Made by a program: the position numbers and the translations under genes. A DNA stretch of 63,025 nucleotides, counting the filler, from Choristocarpus tenellus KU-1152 (Eukaryota; Protista; Phaeophyceae): assembly GCA_964200185.2 (NCBI GenBank). It is 11 parts of 11 records of this genome, joined end to end, with 100 filler letters (N's around TTAATTAATTAA, not from the genome) between each part and the next. Parts side by side here need not be neighbours in the genome. Positions count along the whole stretch, not along the records: positions 10,872 to 14,098 come from CAXNAD020021409.1; positions 14,199 to 31,466 come from CAXNAD020000695.1; 9 more parts are not named here. One strand, written 5' to 3'. Below the pieces are notes generated by a model, which saw only the letters and a program-made list of their open reading frames with translations, did no database searches and was not told where the DNA came from. Of the stretch, positions 12,601 through 24,726 are shown one piece after another (the first letter of the stretch is position 1; each line of letters opens with the position of its first letter).

Positions 12601-13980
12601 TAGCATGCGGTTATGTTATCCGCATTGATAACATTGTTGGAACACAACGTCAAGCCTCAGAGAATAATAGGGTCAAGCATGTGGGTCACATTTGCCTTAA
12701 GGCGTGTCAGACCCCAAATGGCGAAACTCGCCTTGTTGGGGACTTGCACTAATGTTAAGGCGAGTCTGTCAATAAGGGGACCCATTTGGGGTTGGCATAG
12801 GGTCACCTCACAAGGGGTCACTAACTGGATAATGAAGAGATCCGAGTTTTATGGGAGGGAGAAATTGAAAATTCGATGTGTGATGGTTGCTTTGTCTCAC
12901 GAAATTCTGGATATGTTATCGAATTTTTAAGGTTTACACTCCCCTTTCGGAATTCCCTTCCTTGTTCAATATCCACAGAAGAGCTTCCAGCTCATCGAAT
13001 AAACTTTCAACCAGTCCTTGCTCCCATTCATCTCATCAAAGAAGTTATCATCCCTGTGATTCAGTGGTAAATGCGGTGACTACCAGAATGTACTTATTAA
13101 TGTCACGGATTCAAACTCCTTTGACACCAGACTTTTTTTCATGTAAATCTGGTTGCAATATTCTATTCGATCTGACAAGCTCAACGGAGTGTACACCTGT
13201 TTGTACTATCATGCCTTTTGTGGCTGTACCACAAAATGCCGTACCAAGATGAAGGTGGAAACTTCGGGGCAGATCCAGGAGAAGATTGAAGGAGATGGAC
13301 CAACGAGCAGTGGGCGTACTGAATCCAATGTGCAAGAAGCAAGGCTGAAACAGAGTCACTACAATTTGTCGTAGTGCAACAGTTAAGCCGGTTGTTAGTA
13401 TGAGAAGTAGTGCAGTGTGCAATGTCTCTGAGCACAGCGGGTCCTTATCATCCCCAACTAATAATGTTATGCAAATATTAATAATAATCGTAGTTCTAAT
13501 GATACTAATGTCAGGTACAGGTTCCTTTTTTGGGATCTCCGACACACACATTATGCATAAGACGCGCGGTCATATACAATTGCGCGCGCCAACCACGTCC
13601 TTTGAGCTCATCCATACCGACCAGTCTAATAAACCAACCACACCCATAAATCCTGATTTGACAACAGCCAAAATGGACTATCAGAACGAAGAACCATTCC
13701 GATTCTGACCGATCCATTTCTTTGCTGTGACGTTGCTCAGTCATTCGGGAACGTCTGTTGTGTTTTAAGGTTTTCGGTCTGTACTGGATTTCCTCATCTG
13801 TTCTGAGATGTTGAGCCAAGGCCTTTGAAACTCGGTCTCATCCTCTGAGGTGAAGGAGTTTTAGTCTGGTGATTGTGATTGCCCCCTTGAGCAGAGAACT
13901 TGGCACCTTTGACACTTCCACACTAACAATAATTATAGTAGTAACAGTAATGATAATAGTATTCAATAAATGTGACAATA

Positions 13981-14033
13981 TGCTAAGTTTGTGTGGTTTG
14001 CACGCGTGAGTTCAAATCTCATCAGTGTCGCCA
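13981..14033 (+). pseudogene. 3' half of mature-type tRNA-Ser(GCT) including CCA
   Basis: T-GCT-AA (anticodon loop 33-38), GTTTG stem strand, long variable arm T-GTG-GTTTG-CAC-GC, T-arm GTGAG-TTCAAAT-CTCAT, acceptor strand CAGTGTC, discriminator G, CCA. There is no D-arm or 5' half upstream. Confidence 0.8.
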
Positions 14034-14198
14034 ATGTGAACCGTGTGATTCTGTGGCGGCGTGGTTCACTCAGGCAAGGGTGGTGAAGAGAATCAAGGNN
14101 NNNNNNNNNNNNNNNNNNNNNNNNNNNNNNNNNNNNNNNNNNTTAATTAATTAANNNNNNNNNNNNNNNNNNNNNNNNNNNNNNNNNNNNNNNNNNNN

Positions 14199-14857
14199 GG
14201 GAGAGGAGTGGGAGGATACTGCCGGAAAGGAGTAGTTAAATCCAGGCTACGCCAAATTGTTTCAATGACTACGCAAGTGGCATTGTCTCGACATGTCATG
14301 CACTTCAACTAGAGTCACCAGGGAGATGGACACGGAGGGGTTTGTTGGATTCTTGGGATGCCTCCCTAGTTCCCCCCCTCGGGGCGCAGGAGTAGGTAGA
14401 TGGGAAGCACAGGAAGGCAGTAGTACAATATTGATAGTGGTGAAGTAGCTGATTAGTGGTTTTCATACTTACATTGTTTTATAGTGTTTTCACATTTATG
14501 ATATTTTATTCTTTAGGGCCAATAACGACACATGTATATTTTATTATTATGCCCTCTGACATTATGTATAGTTTTCATTAGTTTCCTTCTTGACACATCT
14601 GCAAAATGTCAGAGGTCATGATAATATAAATAAACCACTGTTGTAAATGATAACATATATACAGTTTTCATTGGTTTCCCCCTGACACATCTGCAAAATG
14701 TCAGAGGGCATAATAATAATAAAATAACATATAATCATATATATGTACATAAAATATCCTAAACATGAGACTACTATAAAACATTGCGTGGAAACCACTA
14801 ATCAGTTGCTTCACCACTATCAAATATTGTACTACTGTCGTCCTTATCTTCCCACCA
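14199..14857 (+). mobile_element. Nest of 3' ends of a CRE/RLE-type non-LTR retrotransposon
   Basis: ORF tail GRGVGGYCRKGVVKSRLRQIVSMTTQVALSRHVMHF, then a 3' UTR shared with 60258-60559. Extra 3'-end copies at 14539-14563 (minus strand, TSD ATGTATA) and 14660-14723 (plus strand, TSD ATAACATATA), and an inverted UTR fragment at 14750-14857. Confidence 0.8.
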
Positions 14858-15505
14858 TATATATCTTCCCATCATATATATCATTCGGACCCATATCCTT
14901 TTTCAACGGTCATCTAAAGGTGATGCGATGAGTTTTGACTGTTGAACCATGTAAGATTATTATTGGTCGAAAATATGCAAGTACCAACTCATAAAGTCAC
15001 CTGACATCCACCCATCTTGTCATTTAATGCACATACATCAAAGATTGTGTATCGTGGAAAAAATGGATTTTGGGTGAAAATCGAATAGTAGAAGGGAGGT
15101 GTCGTTTGAAAAAGTCTCCTATTATTTTCTTGTGTCTCTTACTATTTTGTACTTTCTAATTCTTATATACTTTATCCAACTGTTTCTCCGATTGTTCGAA
15201 ATGGATCAATCTCCCATCAACTTAACAAGAGACTAACGATATGGTAGGTATCCTTCAACAAACAGGAAGGCTTCATTGAGAGGTCAGAAATGGATCTCGT
15301 TCACCTTCGCACCCCCAATAATGGAAGAGTCACCTGAGACAGGAATCGCAAATGAGCCCATGGAAGACGGTGAGGGGCGATTGTTGTTGTGGGAATGAGT
15401 ACAAAATGTGGTTGGAAGAAGGTTGCACACTTGTAGATCTTTGTGTGGGGTTATTCAACAACAATTTACCAATGTCTACCGTTCGCGTACCTAGGGGTAA
15501 TGTTC

Positions 15506-15745
15506 TTATCTTGCCATCTCGATGCAGATGAAATGTTTGGAAATTGCTTGAACTATGAATAGGATACCATACTTCGCTGAGTAACAGTACTTGTTACTTC
15601 CCTTCCACCAAATCGTCCATCCCCTATCCAACGGCTGAAAAAAACACGTCTTCTTTTTGGGTGACCATGATTCTATTGTGGAAATAGACATCGAGGTAGT
15701 TGAACACTGAACTCGAATATGCCAGATTGACTCGTGGATAGACAC
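15506..15745 (-). pseudogene. pogo/Tigger DDE_1 transposase relic
   Basis: IESWSPKKKTCFFQPLDRGWTIWWK resembles the DDE_1 motif LPxNTTxxLQPLDxG..FK; the surrounding frame is degraded. Confidence 0.55.
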
Positions 15746-16441
15746 GATACAGTGCTCGTTACTTTAGTGGGAGGAAAAGCAATAGAGTGCAGAACGTGAC
15801 ACCACATATTAGAGTCCATGAGTCTAATGCACAACAACACAACAAATATTGTATCACCTTATATCAATCCTCCCCTTTTGGCTTAAAGAATTTCTAGGAC
15901 TGTACGGCAACAGTGAAAGGAGATCGAGCTATGATGGAGCAGCGCTGCAATTGGACAGAGACGGTTTGTCGCGAACGAAGTTAAATTCAAATAGGACACC
16001 ATCTCCAGTCTCTGGTGATTGGAATCACGAGGTGCGCTGGAGCCTACATCCAGAAGGGGGATAGGGAGGGACGGATAGCTTGGAATTGGACCATTTATTT
16101 ATGTGAATGAGGTGGAGTCGTGTGCGGTGCACTTTGTACTCCCAGGAGGGTAATACATCTTGAGAATAATGGTGAAGGTGAAGGTGCGGTTAAGGAGGTG
16201 TTGCGACCCATAAGGTAGTCCCAGGATAAACTGAGGTAGATGAAAGCCGATGACGAAAGACACAGACTCATGGCAGAGAGGAGTGAGCTAGTATCCCGTT
16301 TTGATCGATGTTAAACTTACATCGAACCTCGAAAAGAATATTCATCTTTCTTTAAGCGCTTCCTCTCACTAACAGCCTTCCTGCGCAGGGTGATACTCTC
16401 TGGGACCGGATCGTGATGGCGTAGTGTTGTCATGTCCTAGT

Positions 16442-16620
16442 GGCTCATAGTATCTGGGGGGGGTGGCGGCTGTGCATTTGGGGTCAATTTTTTCCTATCG
16501 CGATTTTTGTGTGATTTGGTTGCATACGTTGGATGGATAACGTAAGTGCACTTTTCCTGGTTTTGACCCAAATGGACACCCTGGTTTAGACCCCCTCCCC
16601 TTCCTCAGATACATTGGGTC
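16442..16620 (+). mobile_element. MITE family B (~180 bp), full copy
   Basis: TIRs GGCTCATAGTATCTGGGG / CCTCAGATACATTGGGTC, sub-terminal CATTTGGG / CCCAAATGG, AGT duplicated at 16439-16441 and 16621-16623. Confidence 0.85.
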
Positions 16621-17500
16621 AGTGACTGTCCAATGCAGCTCACTCTCGATTCGGCGTAGACATTGCATCCCTTCTATGAAGTATCTTTGACGTATCCCCT
16701 GAGTGGTGTATGCCCTTCTGACACTGTAGCATTAACCATGCTTTTCGTGCCACAGCCTGCTGAATGAGATCCTAGTGCATCAATTTGGTGGATTTCCATG
16801 TAAAATATTGTGCTGAAAGACTTACAGTTGATGTATGTGTACCCCAAACGGCCAGTGGTTGAGCTGAAATTGGCACATTAATGAATAGGAAACTATTGGT
16901 ATTGATGCACTGTCTCAATTACTAATTGATGTTTCTAATTTTCCTTTTTTTGAGGCTTGGGAACCCCCGAAGACAAGATTGGCACCTTTCAAATAATCTG
17001 CTTGCCCAATAAGTGACTGGTGGCTTATGATGCTCTGAATATTAAAGAAAATAGGTGTTTTGCTCTAGTAACTATATTTGATATCTCCTTTAGGTCAAGC
17101 AAGCAGTTTTATGGGCGGCCTGCCAACTGTGCAAGGAATGCCTCTATCTTACAACTTGGTCAGGTCACAAGTTTATGCTGAAAACCCTTGTTGTGTTTGT
17201 CAAGACAGAGCAAGAGTTGGCTACCATACTAGGTTTTACTCTTGCTATCTCAAGAATTTTGTTCAAAGTTTGGGGGAGAGCTTTGGTCTTACTCCCCACC
17301 ACGGGCTGTAATCGGACAAACTTTCTTTCGCCCTGTTTCTAAGTCTGGGAGTTATTGTATAATCAATAGTTTATGCGTAGCATACTATATCTTACGTACA
17401 TTTTTTTTATTCTCAGATTTTTTTCACACATCACACCCTGGAACACCAACCTGTACTTTATACTGTTACATGCTATTATTGAAACAAGTATGCCTACCAG

Positions 17501-19236
17501 ACTGGTGTCTGACCGCTTGCCCAGGGTGGCAAAGGAATGCAGCGAGGTAAAATGCTATCAAATCGTTTAAGTGGAGGGTGCAGTGTGGTGCTCCAGTATG
17601 ATTGATTGGGGGCCCGAGAATTAATTTGTGTGGGGCTGTAGTGTGACAAGTAAATTGTGCCAAGATCAGAAAGGGCAGTGTTATGTTGGGAAAGGGAGTT
17701 GAGTAATGTGAAATTAGAATGGAGTGTGCTACAGTGCAAAGGGGAGATCCCCTGTCTTCGGGAGCCCCTACTGTAATATTTTTTCATTTCTTGGGTTATT
17801 TTGCACACATGGGTCAGGGTTAGGGTTGGAGTTAGATTATCAAAAAAAGTGTAAAAAAAGTGAAAAGAGGTGGATCCTTGAGAGTTTGTGGTTCCCCAGT
17901 GGATGCAATACTCCTTCACTGCTTGTAGAATGTTTCCTTGGCTGGTTTGGGGTATTTTTCACACGTAGGTTAGGGCAAGGGTTGGGGTTAGAGATAGGTT
18001 TAGGTTTTGAAAAATGTGAGTAAAAAAGTGAATAAAATATTACAGGGGGTTCCACTGTGCACTGCAGTGGGTCAGCTAAAGTGTTTAATCTAGCCTGGTA
18101 GGGTCCTGTATGATAAGATCCACAGCTTTTTGTTAGACCTTGAAGCCCACCCCCGTACCCCGATCTGCATCATAGCTACCCTCTATGAACGCTGTCCTAT
18201 ACGTTCATTATGTCGTCTTGCCTTCCCCTGGAACATAGCAAGCAAACATATGCTCTGTACTAGATACTCGGGTGTAACAAATTTCGTCTTGTTAAGACAG
18301 GTTGGAGGTTGTGAGGAGAACTTTACTTTCCGGGTGACGGATTGTGACTTTGCAAATAAGTTCAAGGTGGTTTGGAGCTATGGGGCTAAGGATAGTAAGG
18401 CCTCCTGCGCAATCCCACTGCCTAGTACCATTGCTAGGGATTGCGATCATGTCACACTGGGCTCAGGTGATAAGATTAGTTGAAGAGTGGCCTCAGGGGC
18501 CACGACACTTTCTGGCTGTGCATGGATTACATTGGTTTCACTTCTTATGTTGGGAGCAGTTCTTCTAGCTCAGCAGAGGGAACGGAGGAAGGGGGTGCCC
18601 TCTTTTGTGTTTTGGACTGTTGTTAGTGACGGTTGGTAGGTAGGCTTCTTTCCTTTTTCTTGTGTCTCACCCTAGGCCGTCAGGTAACTCTGCACTACTG
18701 CCCACCAGCTTGTAGAATTTTCAAGGTTTGTCTATTGCAATGCTTTGCAGCGTGAGTGAAGGAAGAACAATAGATGACTTTTTCCCATGCATTTTTTTTT
18801 TGGCATTAGTCCGTGGACTATCCTCACACATGGTCAGAGAGGCACTACACACTACACTACTTCTCATACCAACTACTGTAACTAATTGTACTGTCTCCTT
18901 TCCTGCCTTGCATGTCACATCTTGGGTTCAAAGATCCCACCACTTGTCACTCCCCCTCCATCCTCCTATGTTGTGCTGAACCCTTGCCGGTGCTGCTCAT
19001 CAATGAAGCGTTGCCACGTAGTTATTGGTCTGGCGTTTTAGTGCTACAGCAACAGATAGGATAGTACAGGAGTACAATACAGAGTGATTGCCACATGGAC
19101 TTTGTTTGGATAGTTGAAACCAGATTTTCGGGTCAAGAAGTTAGCGTTGATGGAGTTCGAACCTGCAAAATGAATGCAGGGAACTACAGCCTCCTCTGCC
19201 CTGAGGCCCTCAACACCTCTCCTTGCGCCCTGTCCT

Positions 19237-19273
<37 letters not shown>

Positions 19274-22200
19274 TTTCCCCTGCGAAAGGGGGGGGCCTGT
19301 CAACCCCCCCTGGGGCGGAGACCGGGTGAGTGTTGCTCTTCCCCTTTCGGTGTCCCTCTCACGCCACAAGGCCACAAGCTCGATCCGCCTCAGTCAGCCT
19401 GTGTACTGCCGATTGTTTGTGGTGAGTGGACACTTGAAATACAACATATGGCCCCTAAAAAACTCGCCCCCTCCCAATCCACCCTCTGTACCTAGTGAGC
19501 CTCCTATATTGTCATATAGGTGTGTTTGTGTGTTTGTGTGTGTGTGTGTTATGCTCCATGTACAGACAGAGCACTACTCCTCTAACTGTGCAGAGATAAA
19601 AGGGTTAGGGTTAGTATTTCAATAGGGAATAGTGTAGGTGTGAGACTCAGTGTATTGGAGGTCTTGTGCAGTTTTAAAAGACAAGGGTCGTCTGATTGCA
19701 CTAGCTTTAGTAAGACGTTCCTCGAGCTTTCGAAACCAGGGGGGTGGTGACTCCTAACCCCTTCACCCCCACCACCTCTACCCCAACAACACACTCTTTT
19801 GGGTTGTCCTCGTTTCCATCTGCCATATTCAGCTGGGAATTTTTATAATGAGCCTGTCAGTGCTGACCCTGATCGGAGTCAATACAAATGTCATGTGTTC
19901 CCTTCGTGTGTGGGTTTGGAGCATCGGCTTTGACCTGGCCTTTGGGGCAGTTACACTCAAGCTGTGGCGGGTGTGGAGCATTGTCGAGGTGAGAGGTATT
20001 AAGTGTTGGCTTGAGGTGTGCTGTGGCAGTTGCAGTAGATGCCCATTATTTCGTGGGTTTTGTCGTTCTAATATTTCAGTAGTCCTCTCCGGTCCACCCA
20101 ACACCCCTCTCACCCTGATCCGATCGCAGAAAAAATCATTTTGAGAACAATGCGGAACAGGATAATAATAATAAGATAATAATAAGATGATATTTTTGTT
20201 TGCCTTTGTTGTTGTGAGTTGACACAAGAAAATCGTTCTCTTACGCATCCGCTCCATTCATGCCCTTGCCTGCGCAGGAGAAGAGACACTTGTTAGGCAC
20301 ACTATTTTGTCCCTGTGCCCTCTCTTGGAAGCCTTCAATCACCCCCTACTCTTACTGGCTCTCCCTCCTAATGCCGCCTTCCATGGTTGCACTCATGGGT
20401 TTGTCCAACTTGGTCTCTCAACCAGGCATCAATGAAGTTCAGCAAAGTGGCTCTCACGGCACGGAAGATGCGATGCTTGCTGGCCTTACTCCTCTTCAGC
20501 GATGCGTTGATACTCTCATTGTGGACAGCCAGTAAACTGTGAGCCAATAGTTGTGGTTCAGTAGTGCTACCCTAGCAGTGAAGTCCCTGCCTTAGGTTGT
20601 ACCAGCAGCCTTCTGTACACCTGTTAGGGTAAGAAATGAGGTTTGTCTTTTGGTAGATTGCTATAATAGTCATCAAAAAGAACCACTGCATTGCTCCCAG
20701 TTGCTTCAACAACAGTACAGTAACATTATACCTGGTACTTCGTGAGTATGTAGTATGGCATAGTTTGCACTTCAGAATTGACTTGAACAGATGTAGCCAA
20801 ACAAACTATTCATGATAGGTAGCTGTTGATGTAAGTCTCTGCAGTGATTCATCGAATGAAAGGTTTGTAGATGGTCCTTGGCATGGATCAACCACAACAT
20901 TTACTCACCCACTCATCCATTCACCATTTTTGTGAGTGTATGTGTTCACATCATTTCTTCCTCTTCTGCCAAGGAAATTTCTATCCTCACCTCATGGTAG
21001 ATGCAAGAGTATGATGCATTCGTTGCCTTCCTCCCTCATTCCCTGCACCAATGTGCTGTGTCTTGCTTGTACCCCACTGGGCTCCACGCAATCTTCAGCA
21101 GGAGTCATGTCAGAACCAAGATGACAACAGTGACTGCAGATGTGGAGATACCACTTGTGGAGTGCTCTACACTGTCCAGTGGATATTTCCTGGCCTGGGG
21201 TTTACTCAAGGTGTGTACAATCTCTTTAGTTTGACTGGGATATCCCTGTAGCGCAAAATTTTCCACCAATAAAGTTGTATGATGTACCCTAGATATGAGA
21301 GAGGTGACTTGTGCAAGCCTGAAATACCTCCCTCGTACACAAAATTTGAAGTGTAGTTTGTGCTGAATTTATGGGAGAGATCAGCTGGATCCAGGCGTCA
21401 GCTTCTCTGCCACAAGGATTCCTGGTATTGGAGTGCTTTTGAACCCACTTTTCATTGGATTATTGTGATGCTACAATATATCACAGAAGAAAATCGTATT
21501 TTCCCCCATCATTTGCAACAGCGTTGTGAAATGTATCAAGTCTAGCTGATGCAGTTTCATCCCCCTCCCCCCCCCTCCCCCACTCTCTTCCCATTGCCCA
21601 TTGTAGATTTTCGTTGTTGTGGCGAGCTGCTATGTGAGCTTCATAACTCGCAAATTGAAAAGTGCATTGGCAGAGAGTGGGTGAGTAAGCAATGAGCTCG
21701 GTGTGTGTATTTGTCCAGATGACATGGTTCCAAGATGTGGTTATGGGAAATGCATGTCAAGGGAAGGGGAATCAAGAGATGCCCTGACAATGATGTGGCT
21801 GAAACACAGGCAGTGTAGGGGGGGGAGTGGGATGGAAGTATAGATTATGACATTTTGAATTGTTCTTTCAGTTCTAGACTCACAGTGTGCATTTTGAAGT
21901 TGGTGAAGAGTGTGCTCCAGAAATGATCCCTTGCTGGAAAAATTAAGTGACTCTTCTTGCCTACAGTTTTCTAGTTAACTGATCTGCGTATGGTAGGCAT
22001 TGCCCAGGTAGGGTCATGATCAGAAATATGATGTTATATGGGCTATCATAGAGCTCTACTCTTGCACAATAGGTCTGGGATGGTGGGTTACACCCTTGCC
22101 TTGTTGAGCCCTCAACTTCCAAGATTGAACCTCCAAACTGTGTGGGCTAACCAGTCACCCTTTGCCACAGTGATTCTACTTGTTTCCTGCTCATCACATC

Positions 22201-24726
22201 CTTCACAAGGTGTGCATTGAACCTTGCCATGCTCCCTACTGATGACGTTATTCTGAAGCTCTTGCCAACAGATCTTGTTGCCCAATCTTTTCTCCTATCT
22301 CTTTTCAACAATCTTTGCCTCTTCTGCCCCTGCCCCCTTCCTCTCACGGTCCTTGTAGTGCAGTTGGACTGACAGTGTACAACACTGGTGTGGTGGGAAT
22401 CCTGGTGTCTGCTGTCTACTGGGCAGGAGCCTCTGCTCAGGTGAGTTTGTTCCAATAGATTTAATATTGTAACAAAGATATGTATATTTTTTCTGACATT
22501 TTTTGGGCATGAATTTGTCTTCATAACATAAATAAATTAGGAACAAATTTAGCATTGGTTTAAAATGCAAGTTTCTATATCTCAAGTTCCAAAATATTTT
22601 TACATAAGGCATTTCTATTATTCCCAAGAATTGAAGTGAGGTAAGACAGCCAGAGGAGCTCGTTGTGATTTAGGGTATTGGGGGAAATATGCATATATTA
22701 GTACAGGTTTATTTGTGTACTACACCAAGTGATCTGTAAATGCTGCAAGTACCAACAACAACACAAGTACTTTGGTTCCATGAGTGTTACCATTGCGAGA
22801 GTTCTGTTATCCCACACTCAGTTGAAGTTACAGTTACAGACTGGGTAGGGGGAAATTAACTACTGTAGAGTCTACTATTACGTAGTCCTACGGCCGTATT
22901 TTACAACGACAATTTTTGCAAATTTATTATATATTGGCACAGCATGGATGCTGACTACTGACACCCCTGGACCCTCATGGGTCAGCATGAATCCCACTGT
23001 ACCTGGGGTCCTTGTCAGGGTAGACAGCTTTACCCACAGTATCTCTAAAAAAAAAATGATTTGAAACTCCCATTTGACTTGCCCTGCCCAATCGCTCCAC
23101 AACAACCATGGGCTATGCCATGGCCTCGACCTTGACCTCCCTTCAGATCTGTGCTGTGGTGACAGCAGTTGCTGTTGTTCTTGGAGGCGTTGGTGCGATG
23201 TGTACCATCTTAGCACCTAAACTGTGGACAGCAAAACAAGAGAGCAGATTCATTGGTGCAACCCCCTCAGATCCAGACATAGCCCTTGCCAATGCCCTCA
23301 CTGCAATCGCTACACTGACTGCTGCATCACCAGGGATGAACAACAACTCCAATGGTGGTGGTACCCGAGAGGAAGCGACAGCTGCGGCTGCCAAGTATGC
23401 CTTGACCTCCCCTCCCTGCCGCAAAACCCTGGGAGCCTTGACCCCTTTGGTGCTGGCTCTTGATGGAGATCGCTGGGCCAGTGTGGGACCCATGTCCCGT
23501 TCTAGTCGGAGCAGGTCTTCAGCAACCCGGATACTTAGCAGATCGTCCTCTGGGGTGGTGGACAAGTCTCTCAAGTGGGACAAACCTTGGGGAGGTCATC
23601 GAAAAACATGGGGGGGGAGGGCTAGGAACATGCTCCTGCGTGATGATAGGGAAGGGAGTGAGGCTGAAGCTGGTGCTGGGAATAGGACCAGATGTAGGAG
23701 TTCTATTGCAGGCGGTGGAGAAGGAGGGGGGGATGAAGCTGGGGGCTTGGGAAGTGGCAGTGTAGAGAGCAATGACGGAGGTGTTGTGACGGAGTGGGAA
23801 GTGTCCTCTTTGCCTTTGGTGATGAGGGCAGAGACTGGCACCACACTGTTTTGTCCACACTGTGATCGACAGGTTAGGGCCGTTATTAGCGTTGTGCAAT
23901 CATCATCGCACTAGCCGTGCTGGGGTCTGAAGGTGTAATAGGAGCTATCACCACTCCTCTTTGTTCATGCTCAAGCTACTCACTAGAAACAATACCATTG
24001 TACTCAGTATTATTTTTTGTTTTATTAATTTATTTTTCACTCTGGCAATGGCAAGAGGCACTACGTACCACTATCCTACTTCTCACACTTACCTACTATA
24101 TTGACAGTGTCATTTTGACTGGTTGCACTGCTTCTGTTCAAGCCTTAGATTTTGCTTGTGGGGTTTAGCCATCCCCATGTTGATCTTCCTCCCCCCTAAA
24201 TCTAGCGCTGAACCCCTCGCCTGGACTTCACTTGGCAATGAAACCTTGCCACCTTGATTAAGGTTTCCGGTGTTGCTTTGGCATAGCAACCTTCTGTCTG
24301 GACGTTGGGCCTTTGAAGCTAGATTTCCCTGAAACGTTTGGCATTATAGAGTTCGAATCCAAGAAACCCTGCAGAATCAAAGCAGGAAACACTTTCTGCT
24401 ATCCATTTAGCTTCAAGGACACTCATTGTGCACACGCTCAGCATGAACAAATTAATGCCTTTCAATCACTTGCTGACTTGCTTTCTTTCCTCCGTAACCC
24501 CCTTGAGTTTGACCTCTGACCATGACTTCATTTTCCTGAATCCCCCCAGGTTGCAGGATGTGGGTTCAGTGGCTGCTCTGGATCACTTGTGCCCCCCCCA
24601 AGCAATGGACCTGAATGTGACTGTGGTGATGACCTCAGCATCCGTATCAGTGAGCGGCAAAGACGATGGAGGCGCTGGACGTTTTCTCGCCCCGCTCCGA
24701 GTAACACATTCGATGATGAGGTCTGA
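17501..24726 (+). CDS. Class C (7tm_3, GABA-B-like) G-protein-coupled receptor, 5' end not identified
   Basis: Exons 17501-17546 (tentative), 18301-18466, ~19289-19421 (sequence locally corrupted), 19833-19988, 20426-20538, 21102-21210, 21607-21680, 22359-22440, 23147-23872 and 24550-24726 (last one tentative; alternative stop at 23914). Motifs: Cys-rich pre-TM linker, IRLSQP, CSLRVWVWSIGFDLAFGAVTLKLWRV, D.LIL.LW, ITRKLKSALAES, VYN, APKL. Confidence 0.88.
17732..18064. mobile_element. Tc1/mariner-type MITE-like element inside a GPCR intron
   Basis: TA|CAGTGCA...TGCACTG termini, inverted CTGTAATATTTT / AAAATATTACAG, and two internal degenerate direct repeats carrying TTAGGG units. The right flank is CA rather than TA. 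Confidence 0.55.

Noticed and set aside
18467-18600. TGA readthrough/selenocysteine or a 30-nt micro-intron extending the GPCR exon into a hydrophobic stretch
   Set aside because: TM1 is better explained by the exon at ~19289-19421 (..RHKATSSIRLSQP), whose 5' part is corrupted next to a poly-C run. I saw no SECIS or other support.
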